Source of the DNA: Azolla caroliniana
Lineage: Eukaryota > Plantae > Polypodiophyta
Direction of reading: 5' to 3'
DNA length: 64,000 nt
Assembly: GCA_043228905.1 (NCBI GenBank)
Contig: JBHGNT010000013.1
Location: forward strand, 16,926,001 to 16,990,000
The notes below the pieces were generated by a model. That model made no database searches. It was not told the origin of the DNA and saw only the letters and a list, made by a program, of their open reading frames with translations. The translations under genes were made by a program, and so were the position numbers. Of this stretch, positions 11,419-25,800 are shown in pieces (position 1 is the stretch's first letter; each line of letters starts with the position of its first letter).

Positions 11419-12025
11419 TGACAGGAACACACGCTCCCAATGAACAACGCTCGGCCACAACCTAGCTTAGAATCATAAAACACAAAAAAAACGGGGAAAG
11501 AAGGCACGACACAGTGAGGAGAAGAGTACACAGGATGTTTACGTGGAAAACCCAAATACGGGAAAAACCACGGCAGCCCACAGACTGCAAACTATCATTA
11601 TGTCAGAATGTACAAAATGGTAAAGCACCGAGGCAACGACCTCGAGCTTTCTATCTTCGCCACAGGCGGCGGTTACAACAGAGGCAACGACCTCTTCCTC
11701 TCTCTCACTCTCTCTGTACACAGTTGCGCGCTCTAATCTTGCACCAACAATAACAACAACATCACAGACCTCAGCAACAGTTTGCCCTAAGTCATATTTA
11801 TACTAAAATGACTTTTCGGCTAATTACAAATATAGCCCCGATGGACTCTCAGAAATATATTTACGAATATGTCCCTTCATCCGGTGAGCACTCTTCACCG
11901 GGCCTGCATCATCCGGCACTTGCCAGGTACTCGTCATCCGGTTCTCACCGGGTCTTCATCATCCAGTTCTCACCGGGTCATCCGTAGCCGGGTACTCCTC
12001 ATCCGGAGGGACCTGTTTCCTAACA
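11419..12025 (-). mobile_element. Solo LTR (607 bp)
   Basis: TG...CA termini (TGACAGGAA / TTCCTAACA); perfect 5-bp TSD TCTTG at 11414-11418 and 12026-12030; minus-strand TATAAATA near 11800. Confidence 0.88.
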
Positions 12026-12895
12026 TCTTGATGGCAACATTTATCAGTACAAATTGTTAACATCGTGAGTCACCTATCAATACTACAATTGCTATATGAA
12101 AGTTATTTAGTTTTGGTCGCATGGGCCATCTTTAACTTTCGAGGATGATAACAAAATCTATCAATCTTTTTATTTCCCGTAATTAGCTTACCCTAATGGT
12201 AAGTTGTTTACACTACATCTCTCTCTCTCCTCTTTTTTACTCATATTTCTATAGGATTATCTCCTTCTTTCTTTTTTCTTCCTGTTTTTTTTTTAATAAT
12301 ATACCAAAACGTTGTGTTAGAATTTCTAACCTTTTTCGTTCTTGTATTTTTATTTTTGGTTTATTGTGATATAAGCTTTTGTTCCCATTTGTCACCCAAA
12401 TATAAGCCTTTGCTACCATTCATCAATTGAATAAATATTAAAATAAAAGTGCAAAAAATATGAGAAAAAAAATCTACATGACCAAAAAAAGGAATAAATT
12501 TATTTATGACCCGAGAAAGAGATACATTTTATTCACTGAAAATTCTTATAAGGATTTTTGTAGAGGCATTTGGATGTGCTTGACATGGGTGTTTTTTTAT
12601 ATATAGACCCCCCCCCCCCCCCCCCCTTCCCCCATATGTTCATGGAGGTGTAGTGTCAAGAAGTCAAGAAACCATCCAAGCACAAATACAACTAAAAATA
12701 CAAATACTAATATAGATACATCTATAGACAAATAGGGATACACATACAGATACAGATACATCTATAGACATATAGAGATACAAATACGTATACGTATACA
12801 GATACAAATATAGATACCAATAGCAATACCAATGGTAATTGTGAATACGAATGCGAATACGAATACGAATGCAAATAGAAATGAAAATCAAAATA

Positions 12896-13009
12896 CACCC
12901 CTGATCAATCGAGAGCTAATTGCAAGTGTAATGTTAGGTTCAGTCATCAATCCACCCCTGATCAATCGAGAGCAAATTGCGAGCGTAATGTTAGGTTCGG
13001 TCATCAATC
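12896..13009. repeat. 57-bp tandem duplication upstream of TMEM230
   Basis: CACCCCTGATCAATCGAGAGC...CATCAATC at 12896 and 12953. Confidence 0.9.
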
Positions 13010-13207
13010 ACAGACCAAAGCATGATGAGAAAAGCGTATGGGAGAACCGATTCATGTGATTTTCCTTGTTATTATGTTCATGAATGATGAACATCGGGTA
13101 GCGATGGAGCGAGGAGGGCATCGTGAGGGAAATACCTGAAACCTCTTTGTGGATTGATTTGGGGGGGGTATCCCGTGGAAATATCGTAAACCTAAACAGA
13201 GCCAAAG

Positions 13208-13238
<31 letters not shown>

Positions 13239-13459
13239 CTCCGACAAATTCAGAAGAAGACGCGAAAACGACGCCACCGACATCGCCCCGCAGAACACAA
13301 AGAAGACGCAGAGACCTCGACACTGCAGAGCGACAGTCGCAGATAGATAGACAGATAGATAGACAGAGAAGAGAGACAGAGAGACAGAGACAGAGAAGAG
13401 ACAGAGAAGAGAGAGAGAGAGAGACAGAGAGAGAAGAGAGAGGAATCAGGGCCCCGTCC

Positions 13460-13938
13460 ATGGCCTACGTAGACCACACCTTCTCCATCACCGACGAAGG
13501 AGACGATGACGAGGATGAAGAATTCGAAGGGACTTTTGTCTCCCACAACAGATTCCCCCTCAAAGATATCGTCTTTGCCTCCATGCTCCTCCTCTCTGGC
13601 GCGCTCTGCATCCTCCTTGGGCTCTTCCTCGTCTTCCTTCGCAAGGACACACCACCTCATAGAGCTCCGGGTAAATCAAAGTAGCCTCTCGTGAATCTTT
13701 TCATGTTATCTCCTCTTTTCGTGGTGCTTGATGTAATATACATGTTATATATTATATTGTATACTATAGATAGGTAAATAGATGTATGGAAATAGACGTA
13801 TGGTAGATAGAGATCCATCCCGTTTGTTGTGTATATATCCAAGAACAAGGTATAGTTACCTGTGCTGTGTGTTTCCTATCCTTGGCTTGGATTTCCAAGT
13901 TCCTAGGGATGAATAGCTGCTCTTTAGATGCAATGATG

Positions 13939-13985
<47 letters not shown>

Positions 13986-16900
13986 TGATGATGATATTCT
14001 AATTTCCTCAGGAAGGCCAGAAACATGATTGACGAGATCCAAAAAGCAAGCCATAATAGAATTTTCTGCCAGGGAAAGGGTGTGAGATGCTTCTTGTCCT
14101 CGATCTCATGATTAGGATAATGCGTGCAAATGTCGTTTGCCCTAGTGAGCCCTCTCCAAGGTCATGTATACGAATGTAGAGGATGAGGGTATCTCTGCTT
14201 ATGTTAAATGGCATGGGGTTGAAAATATGTGGTTAGATGCATACAGTCATTCCTTGTGGATGTCTGAACATGTTGGGTTACAAGTCTTGCAATTTGGTAC
14301 TCTTGGCATCCTTGTCTAATTTGACCGTGTTTGCATCAGTAAGACATGATTTGATGGTCTGCCATGAGCATATTATCTGGTGTGTCGCTCAAGTAGTGTT
14401 GACATATTCTCTCTCTCAAACCATTTGCGTGTGTCCTTTGACCAACCAGAAGAGAGAATTTTGATTTTATTTGTCTTTTGTGTTTTTCTGGTAGATCTCA
14501 AGGTTGGATTGGTAGGCAATGCATCCCCCTTCCGTACTTTAGCTACATACTTGTGGATTATCCTAAGGTCCTCTAGTTTGATATGTGTGGCAGTGAAGAT
14601 GCTGTAGTAGAAACATCTTTTGTACCATTCATTTAATGTTGCTCCACCTCAATATGTTCACACCATATAGCAAGACTTGGATTACCAATACATTGAAATG
14701 GTTGGTCTTTTCTGCCATCTTGGAGGGTTGTGAAAATTGCATTTGGATACAAATTTATGACAGCATGCCCAAATGGATTTCAATTTACCTTCTATGCATA
14801 TGCCCCAATTGTAGCTGGCAGGGATGTTAATATGTACATATTTGAGCAATATAAAATATTCAATAGCTTTGCCCTTGTCAGGCATGGGTAAATATCTCTC
14901 TGGTTGATGTTGATTATAATGTACATGTGTTTTTCCTGCGTTCAGTGGTAGGATACTCTCCCTACAAAAATCTTCAAAGATGTGAAGTAATTCTTGAAGG
15001 ATGTTGACATCCCATGAGAAGAGCACCACATTGTCTAAATAGAGAAGTAGCATCACTAAATATTTGTGAAAGGCGTGTTCTAAAAGTTGCTCATTCTGTT
15101 GTAGCTGCATAAATAAATATTTTTCTGATCAAATAGTGGGCAACAGGAGGCAATCTTCCTTTACCCCAAGATTGATTCCAATCCCACCCACATTGCATTT
15201 TTAACAGTATTTTATATGCTCATAATGCCATGCTACTGTATTTTGGTATTCGCTTGATATACTAAGATTTGCCTTACATTATTCATGTTCCTTTCATCAT
15301 ACCACACCCAAAAAACAATTAAATCCACAAAACAATAAGAAGAAACCTTTGCAAGGATCTTTCAGAGGGCTGTAAAACTCCAATTGATCCACTTTTGCTG
15401 AATTTCACCACTGGAGAAGTTTTATATAAAAGAAGAGATATCTTCTTAAGATTTTGATCTAATTATGACTTAATTTTGTATCCAATAGCTAGATTGTTTT
15501 GGAACGAAGAAATTGACATTTTGCTGACTCAAAGACAGGCATCTCATTTGGGATTTTTTTATTATTGGAGACAATTCATTAGATAATTTCTCATTTGATG
15601 TGAAGTGTATCTGCCACTGTCCCTCTAGCTAGAGAGCATAAGACTTTCTCTACTTTCAAGGCTACAGTGTAGGTTAGCCATAGATCAACATGCATTTGGT
15701 CCACATTTAAGTGGCTATAAAATGATTGAGCATATCTCCAAAATCTGCATTTAGTTGCTGTTGTAGATTGTAGAACGTGTGATATAAAGGTCTTAGTGTT
15801 GGTTTTCATTTATATCCCAATATGCCGCATAAGGGATTCTTCTTTGTGAATGGTTTTTCTTTTTTATAGCTCTTCGATGTATTCCCTTGCAGAGTAGCCA
15901 TAGGCAATGAGTGACATGACTATCATTCGATGATAATCTGCAATTATCATGTTCCCATGTCTCTGCAAGGAAGATGGTGTCCAGCTCTTTGTGTATATCA
16001 CTTAGTCCAGTGCGTGCTTTGGCATGGGTGTCTAGATGTGAGCTTGGGCAGCATCCAGTCTCTCTAGGTAATTTTCCCAATATTGAATGTTAATTCGGTT
16101 ACATTAGTTCTCAACTTAAAGATCGATGTTAGGCTGTTTACTATTTCGTATGAATGACATCTAATGTGGCCAAGTAAAAGATTGACTCATGTGCTCCTGT
16201 CCCTTTCTTTGCTCTATGTGCACAACCAAATAAGCTAGTTAGGAGGGAATCTAGGGGTTTTAGTGACCTCTGAGATCAATCCATTTTGTAGAAAATCTGT
16301 GCATATGTTGGGATAAAGGCCTCAAGGACTCTCTTGGTTTAGTATATTTTGACCATTCCATGTGAAAGCTCTTTTTGAGAGCTTTCTAGACATACTTTTA
16401 CTATATCTTTGGCCCCAATTTGAGGGTTTATAGGCATTTACATTATTTTTATAACTTTTGGTTATTGGCGGTGTGTGAACATGCCAAAATGACCTAAAAG
16501 TTACTTACCAATAATAATTGGTTCCAAACCTCCTCTCATAATGAGACGTGGACTTTTAGCGGCTAGGGTTTCCTCTTCATTTTTTTGCATGGTTTTTCTA
16601 CTTTCTCTCTCCTCAAGGCAGCCCACTCCCGTAGTGTTTTGGATCTAACCATGCCATCACATCATCAGATCTTAATATAGCATAATGGCATATCTAAGTG
16701 CAAGCTATACACAACATTCAAGATCAGAACTTTCGATATCATGCAGATAGAATCAGAGTTAATGTAATTTCCTATGTACGAATTCCCTCTCTTTGTATTT
16801 TCCTTGAACAATGTTCATTGGTAGAAATTTGATGGATGTTTATAGTTAAATGAGGTTTAATTCGAAGTGTGAAACTTTTCAAGGTGTGTAATGAAAAGAA

Positions 16901-17291
16901 GTGTTGCATTTTCATTATTCAATCTGGTATGTGATACTGAAGCAAGCTATCTTACAATTTACGAGGATTCTATGATACTTATCTGACAAGACAAGATATT
17001 ATGTGCATAGCACAATGTGGTGCAACTATATTCTATAACAACTTTTAAAATGCTTCTCAAAATATTAGATTGCATCTTTAGGCGGGAAATGTTAAATAAA
17101 CTAGTCTTTGCTTTTAATCTGGTTTAACAGATGGCATGAAACATTTTCTCCCTCTGTTCTTTTTTGCAGGGTTATTCTTCACTATATTTGGGGGTTTGCT
17201 GTTCTTACCAGGATTTTATTACACAAGAATTGCATACTACGCATATAAAGGATACAAGGGCTTCACTTTTACTGATATGCCCTCTGTCTAG
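13460..17291 (+). CDS. TMEM230: Transmembrane protein 230-like (110 aa), join(13460..13670,17170..17291)
   Basis: [14 protein letters not shown]-terminus; GT-AG phase-1 intron; exon 2 gives [40 protein letters not shown], the hallmark TMEM230 C-terminus. Confidence 0.93.
14600..16080 (-). mobile_element. Degraded RTE-like LINE in the TMEM230 intron
   Basis: Minus-strand [10 protein letters not shown] (endonuclease), [11 protein letters not shown] (GVKQGCPLSP-like) and [10 protein letters not shown] (YADD-like). Confidence 0.7.
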
Positions 17292-18875
17292 AGAAGAAAA
17301 TGTGCCAGACCAGAAGCATGAGCAGCTAATAGTTGTTTGTGCTACAGCCACACAGTTGTGATCATATAACGAAGGCATGCCTCACCCTCTTGTAAACCCA
17401 CAAATTGTTTGTTCTTTCTTGATGTGTCTGAAGTGAGCCAAAAAGAGGTATTTGTTGATATATATCTTATTGTCGTCGTCCATCACAGTATCATGAACAT
17501 ATTCGTTGTCTGAAGTCCACATTATTATCTCAGGATATTTTTTATTTCCATCATCTGTAAAGTAGATTCTCAATAACTTGCCTCTGGAATAGCCAACTAC
17601 AGAAGATCAAACTCTGGTAAAGTGAAATCTAATTCAAAAGAAACTGGAATGATTTCCTGTCAGTATGTGGATGCTATACTTTATTATGCCCTTATGCTCT
17701 TATTTTTGCCTTTGTATCCTAAGCTACAATGGGAGCCATGAATATATAGTGTTTGGAATATAGTGGTAAATTAAATATATTCATATGTGAAAAAGTGTAT
17801 CCGAGGTTTAATTTGGTGAAATATTTCTTTTTACATTTTAATTATGTTCCATCTTTGGGATATGTTGAGAGAAGATGGTTCTGAATTTGTTTATGCACGC
17901 CCCAAAAGGAATTATTTAATAAAATTAAATGTTGGAATAATGGAGCATTTATTTAACCTTGAAAGGACTCGAGGACAAAGCCAATAACTACAATTGGGGG
18001 AATTTTGTTTGATTTGATGGAAGGCTACACTTCCAGAAAGGGTACTGAGAAATTATAATGATGACAATGATCGCATGCTTGCAATGATTACGATTGTAAC
18101 ATGAATTATGGAATGACTTGAAGATAGCACGTTTTCCATAAACTAATATCCAATTTCAAAAGAAGGCTTTTTTTCATCTAAATCATCTCTGTATGTATAG
18201 TTTTTTCAGAAAAGTGCCATCTCTATACATGGTTTCAATATTTTATCGATTAAAATAAGATTTCCAAACTTCTAACGTTGTGTCTATGTCATTTGAGTGT
18301 ATTCATCCATATAGATGTACCACGAGAACTGAATGAAATGCCAGTCTTTGTGATGAGACATTTAATTCATGCTCACATGCAAAGCAAGAAATTAGCAAAA
18401 GTCAAAATGAATAAATGGGAAAAAACCATTAAGCTTCAGACATGACTAATTTACATCATCAAACAGTTACCGTTCTCAAATCTTTGATCAGATTTGAATG
18501 ACAGAATTTGGTCTGTACTACACCTTCCATAAATGTTATTATACCAGACAAGTATCTCACACAACATTATGGCACATTTCCAGATTTTGTAGACCCCTTT
18601 GAACACCACAATCTTGCAGTGTGACAAAATGCTTTGAATGATTACCTCACACAACGTTACAAACATTTCCAAATTTTGTAGATGGTCCCATAGGTGTACA
18701 CTCCTTGGTTAACATAACATCTTCTAAAAGTCTGATCACATACCAGGATGATCAAAAGGTACTTTTGAATAAGAGGATCAATATAAAAGCCTATCGAATG
18801 AGGTTGATCCATTGACTAGGCCAGATTTACATGTCATCAAGTGAACCTCATTTGCTCAGGCATGGAATAATAAAA

Positions 18876-19075
18876 GGGTACAAAACTGGCCTCTAAATTT
18901 ATTTGATGAGAGTTTTCATTGCCAGCATGTTTGCCTTCTTGATAGCTGGTTTAATCAGATTTAAGGGCTTCCTAAAGGGTAAAAAACTGGCCTCTAAATT
19001 TATTTGATGAGAGTTTTCATTGCCAGCATGTTGCCTTCATGATAGCTGGTTTGTTCAGATTTAAGGCCTTCCTAT
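18876..19075. repeat. ~101-bp tandem duplication
   Basis: GGGTA.AAAACTGGCCTCTAAATTTATTTGATGAG... at 18876 and 18977. Confidence 0.9.
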
Positions 19076-19833
19076 AAGGACATTAAAATCTCACAAAACT
19101 TCTCGTTGGCTATTCCTTTGCTTAAACCCTTTCCATCATTGTAGCAAAACTTAGCTTGTAATCTTATTTAGCTGTGGGCGAATCCAATCAGAGGTAGATA
19201 CACAACAAAAGCAATGATTAATATGAACATCATGGTCAATATGATAGGAATTAATTTGACCTGCCATCAGATTATTTGAGAAAACATTTGCATAGCATTT
19301 ATGATAAAAAACAAAAGGCTCCTAAATTAGGAACTCATATGCATTCCTTACAAAATGATGAGCTTAGTAAACAGTATCTGGAAAAACAGTTCCCAGACAT
19401 CTGAGCTAGTGATAAGACTTACTTGGTTTTTTGGGGTCAAATGTCATAATATTACATAGAAAAAGAGAAATATGGAGTGCTCATACCATATACAAAGATC
19501 AATGGCTTCAGATAATGATATGATGGCTGAAAAAATTTGCATTGAAGAGGTACTCTCTATCTTACTTAGGCTTGTCCAACACACCCCAATATAACTTTCT
19601 GTTTCAGAAGTTGGTGTCAATGTTTCCACCCATATGATAATCATACCTAATAACAGATAGAACCCTCGCAGTAAGGTCTCACAAGCACTGCAATACAACA
19701 AATGATTTAATATCAAGTTATGTATCTTGCAAGAATGTTCTGAAATTTAAGAGTTTGGAAACATCAACTTGCCTTTATTTTCATTGCTTATTCGAATATA
19801 CCTTTGCTTGGACACAAAAACGACAAAACAAGC

Positions 19834-22800
19834 CTAGTCTGAACAAAATATTCCATTGCAATACCTGCAATGAATTAATTAAGCTACTAAGCTCACAGAA
19901 TTATCCAGAATATAAATGTTCAGTGAAAATCTGCTTCCATTTGGCTACAAAAACCTCGAAAACTTACTGCAAACCGAAATTAAAATGTATGTTTCCCTCT
20001 GGAACATTCTCAGAAATATATCCGGACTCATGATTCTTTTACCTAAATAAAAGTAGCTAGACTTATGCTCATAAAATATAGATGCCACTCGGGACAATTA
20101 ATTTCTTTCACACTACGCTCCATGCCATGCAAGCTATAAATCAGAGCATCTCTGTACTAAATGTCATAAAAAACACTCACATACACAGTGACACACTGAC
20201 AGCCGAGATAAGTTCTCATCATGTTTTATAATGGTTCATTTACGGAAAGGTTGTTTAAATATTTCGCTCTCTACCCTGGTTTCTCAGTTAATTGCTTTGA
20301 TTAGTTAATATAAGCAGCTACAATCTCCGTCACATTGTCTGATAGGACATTCATGATTATTGGCTTCTACAGATGTTAATATTGTATCTGGTTACAGGAA
20401 AGATGAATTAAACATCTGTTTTTTCAATTTGAAATAGGTATCTTCCATCTGGTTCAGTCACAATCCTTAATGAATGGTTCCCACTCAAATCCTCCCTAAT
20501 TAGACACCTTAATTCTTAAGTTTGGAGTGTGTCTTATTGTTTCTTGCCTAACAAATCTATTTCACAAAGAGAGAAAGTTACCTGCGACTAAATTTTTCAG
20601 TAGATTCTGCAGTAAGCAGCAAGGTTTCACTTCCTCGTTCTAATACTAAATAAAGCTCATTGCTCCCTCGGACCCTCACCACCACCCAGGCATTGCTCCG
20701 TGTCCTGACACATGTTTCAATATCATAGGGTTGTGGTGAGGTCTTCCTCTCAGATCTTGCTTTCGCAGCATCTATCTCAGCCCTTACTTTGTTGATCGAC
20801 AATAAAGAATCCTAAAACAATAAAGAGCCTTAAAATTAGCTTGACAAAAAGAACTACTATCACTATGTCAAGCGTTCCAAGAGATTCTAATAAAGTTACC
20901 TTAGTTAAGGTGGCCACCTTATTGTTAGGTGACGCTTTGCAAATCTTGCTATCATGATCAACGCAAATATAGCGATATCCTGGCACATGATTAGCATTGA
21001 TCCCTCCCCATTCCCTTGAAATTTTTTCCTCAAGAGAACCCAGCTTCCCAGATATCTGCACAATAATAAGAATAGAATCAGGATATTAATTATTAGAAAA
21101 GACTATACATGTCATTGTGCCAATGGCAAAAAGGGTGATAAACCACCCAAGTCAATGTTGAAACATACATGGATGTTTTGATGGGATCAAAATTCTTATT
21201 TTTTATGAAGAGCGGAAATAGTTCGCAGAGCACCAAAGCTATTATTATGCATGAGTCATGACTAAACCTGGAAGTACCTGGTTTAAGTCACTAGGATTTT
21301 AGTTTGCCATCCTCCTATCTTTTACACAGTTTAACCTAGTCCAAGTCCAAATCAATCACACCTTTTCGCGTCTTTTAAAGCCCAAACATATTCATATTCC
21401 TAAATATCACTACCTTGTATGTGTACACACACACAATTTAATCTACAGATACAAGTATTTGGTTATTGGCCGTAAATGCTAACCATATCATCTAGTCTCT
21501 ATCCTTTACAGAGTACCTTGATAGATCTCTAAGACTTCCTTATGCAGTCAAAGCTGTATGAACTATTTCTGTCAAAATATCTAGTGGTAGAATGAACAAG
21601 TACGTGTCATGGTGCTTACTTGCAAACATTTTATAAATAGCACATAATATATGAAAAGCTAAATGCCACATAACTATTATTTCTTGCAGGAGTTCGGTCA
21701 TGTAATTATTTCTCCGATTAAGGTGAGTGTTTAGAGTTTTAGTGTATACTGCTGTAATTCCCATAAGTGAGCAAGTTCTAGCAAGTTTGGCATGCAAGCA
21801 TGGCAATTGGATCTAAGGCCCATGTACAACATGCATGTTTATTTGTACAAATGTCATGACTGATGGTGTGTAAAGCTAGGATAATATGGTTAAAATTTGA
21901 AGAGAATGGGTGTGAATTTGAGTAATAAATTTTAGTATGGGCATTAATATCATGGGTGTTCACATTAATAATTAGGAGGTGTGTCAAAGGAAGCAAAACT
22001 TTGACCCATCGGGTTTGAAGAGAATGGGTGTTAATTTGAGTAATAAATTTTAGTATGGGCATTAATATCATGGGTGTTCACATTAATAATTAGGAGGTGT
22101 GTCAAAGGAAGCAAAACTTTGACCCATCGGGCTGCTCTTTATTTTTGCTGCTTTGTGAGTTTCGGCAAGTAAATAGGCTTATGATAAATTTGAAGTTCAA
22201 AGGAGAAATATAAAGAGAACACCAACCTCTATCATGATTTAATTTAATTATTTGGGTGCAAGCTAGTTGTAGATAAAGATGTTAAAACACCACCCTTGAA
22301 ATTTCACTAAAGCATTAGAAGATGATGATTGGTCACCCTGTTAGATGTAAGCCTTCCAAAATTAATTTTCCTAACAGTTCATTCAACTTGTGTGACAACT
22401 TCGTTGTTCTCACCCATTGATCTCATACAAGGGAGTGGTAAATGAATGGTGGGTATTTACATACCAAAGAAAATTGAAAATAATAGAATATTATTCACCT
22501 CTTACCAAAGAATCAGCAATTCATACAACGGAATCCATTTCCAGCATAAAAATATTAGAAAAAAGAATGCTATGCTAGGCCTGGTCTGTCTGCTAATATA
22601 AAAAGAAGAAGACGATGAAATCAACAAATTAAGTAATTACTAGCTAAAATATAGTGAGAGATTATCCTAGTCTAGATACACAATGTATGATTCTGCTATA
22701 ATCTATATGCAGCATATAACAAGCAGGACAACCAGAGGATTATAACTACAATTACATAGTTATAGAAATTAAAGCAGAATCAAACCTGTTCCAGAATTTG

Positions 22801-25800
22801 AGTTTGGATGTGTACCCCTTCAAGTGCAGCATGTGATACAGGGATTAATAAGATGAAAGTAAGCTGCTTAGTTTGATAAATGTACATCTGCAATTTTCCA
22901 TCTTGAAACCAGACAGTTGGTACAATGGCATTTGACCCCTCAGATGGTAGTCCCCAAGCATTTGTTAGAAGGAAGCCATCTTGTCCTCGCCACCATTTTT
23001 CACGTCCCATAGGCCTCGGTGGTGGAATAGATCCCCCTGAAGGGTTCTGAATACCATCAAGGTTACTACTAAAATTGGCAGTGGATGAGTTTGTATGAGA
23101 CAGAACCTTCTTGGAGGTACGGCCAGTAGTGGCTGAAATAATTGCAGGTGTCAGACGCATCTTTGCATAGGTATAGACATGAGCTGCATCCACCTAGTTC
23201 AATATCATAAACATAATAAACATCAAAAATGTTGAAAGAAAGGATGCAGGAAAAGTGGGGGGGCAGCTTCTCCTGCTTACTTGAAAAACAAATGAACAAT
23301 ACTCACTGGAGGAAGAGTTGTTGAAACTAAGAGATCCTGGAAGAGTAGCATAGTGTGCCAACTTCTCCCATTCCCAAGCAATGGTAGCAGCAGATCAACT
23401 GTTGACTGTAAATAACTAGGAAATGTGATTAAAATATGTCGTTTCATCTGTCTTTTCTTCTTGAATTTTCCTCTCATATTAATATTAGCATGGAATTCAT
23501 GTGATTCTGCTTTCACAGAAATTTTTCTTAGTAGAGAAGACTACTAAATGCTTAAACTAAGTGCAATATATGGCTTTTGAAAAACGTAAAAGTGCTAGTT
23601 CTACATTCAGTATGATAAGCGCATCAACAAGCTCTTCTATCCAACAAACAAAATAGTAAAATTATTAGATCTTGACATTCTACTTACTGCCACTCTGTTC
23701 TATAATATTTAATATCAACTCAAACAATTCATGATTGATAGTAATTCCGCTTAAATGAAGAATAAATAGGAGAGACAGAGATCTAGTGAAACAATAACAT
23801 TTGAATTTAAGAATTTTTTACTTCTCACCTGCACCTCAAGTGCAGTGTTACGATCTAAGGCTATTGTTTGAATTGTTCCTCTTTCCTGAAGGCTTTCATG
23901 AATAGAAGGCAGCATTTTCTTCCCAATCACCACATCTGTGATTGATACAATAACCTTCATTATAAATAAGAGAAATTACAGCAAATAGAAACCAAAGTAG
24001 TCACACCTGATAGATAATCTGGAAAAAATGCACGCAGACAGCTTCTGGCAAAGTCTCCATTCAGATCTTTTGCCAGCAGAGTTTTGATGGAACCATAAAA
24101 CAGTGCAAATAGTCCATATGCCTCTTCTAAGATAGATCGCACTGCACTGATTCTCCCAACCTCATTTTCTTTCTTTTTCTCTAAGACCTGTTCGAGAAAT
24201 CATCATCATCATCATGCATCTCCTTAGTTGTATTATAAATCAGCTCAAGATAAGTAGTATAAATCATTTATTCTTTACTGAGGTACTAAAACATGCCACA
24301 ACAAACAGCCTTATCAGATGGGAAGTTCATAACTCATACCCATCCTTGCACTGAAATAGAGGTTCATCAGGCGTTAAACTTTTAAAACTATATTAACAAT
24401 CACTACACCATGACTTTCAACTACCTTGAAACCTCTCCCGTTCTATTTCTACCTGTTTTCTGTTGCAATTGGTGTCCAGTAGTTGATATATTTATACCCA
24501 TTTGGGTGAGTTGAACTTGAAACTTAGTATAAAGATGAAGTCCATTTAGTGTTAATTGTGTACATAGCATACAACAATCCATGATATATATGGTCCTTAA
24601 AATCATGGTGTGTGTGCTCAGTCAGGAAGATTAAAAAAATAGAAGAAAGAGATTCCAACAATCCTTAGGTATAAATGCATCTTATGATGATGCATGGTCG
24701 CCAAACAGAGACAAAGAAGCAGAGAATCCTGTTAAAAGAAAACTCTGATGTGTACATCAATCAAGCTTTAAAACAATCTTACATTGAGAACCCACAATGA
24801 CCCTTGCTTGTGTGAAGCGTGTGGTGATTCTTTGATTAAAACTGTTCTAAACTTATATCACCTTGCATCCATATCATGTGAGTGTATAGAAGCTGGCCAT
24901 GATTATTTTTTTTAAAATAGAGTACCAAAATGGTACAATCCTATTGTAGACCTGCGGTGTACAGTGATAATGCTATGTTGATAACTGGCATAAAGAACCA
25001 TAATATAAAGAAAGTGAATCAATGGAACATTCTATTGACAAGAAAACTTTTCTTCTTCGTCGTCTTAGATAAAAGAGTTCTAATGGGTACACATTCTAAT
25101 GGGATGTGTACCCAATCATCAAAAATAAAAATAAAATAAAACTTAGATAAAAGAGTTCTAGTATTGGACAAAAGATGTTATGGTGTAACATATTCTATAT
25201 TTGGCTATCTGCTAGGCCTAGTTTCATTTCCATCCAAGTGTGCACGACACAAAATACACAGAAAATGTTCAAAGACCAAGTTGACAACAGAATCAACAAA
25301 TTTATTATAGAAGGGTGGATAACAATGGCCTCAAGCATAAGAAGTGCTACCAAAATTTTGCCAATGGCTACTGCTCAGATGGGCTTACTTTAATTGTGCA
25401 GTTCCAAGGCCTCTTCTAGTAACCTGCAGCAGCTCACAAAAATATTCTTACCCTATTAGTCTGCTAAGGTGACACCACTTTTTGAGTGTGGCACCTTCCT
25501 TACTGTAATACCAACCTGGCCATTGTTCTTCAATATCCTTGAAGCTAGAGTTTATTCCCATGCCCAACACCTTAAATAGCATTCTCTTGTAGAAGTTTGC
25601 AAGGATCTCTTATTAAAATACAAAATAACTAGAATGCAACAATTCCTAAGAAAATTACGCAGCTTATAATCATGTATAAGGTAGAGTAATGCTAAGCCAG
25701 TAGCAGGTTAAAGAAAAGCTGAATACATCATTGCTATAGGGACTTCATATTTATCTGTGATTTGTCAAGAATCAAACATCAGGTGATAGCAATCAGTTGC

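Noticed and set aside
13008-13660. Antisense and poly-K/E/F/S ORFs around the TMEM230 start
   Set aside because: Products of (CTT)n and (GA)n microsatellites and of the antisense frame of the real exon
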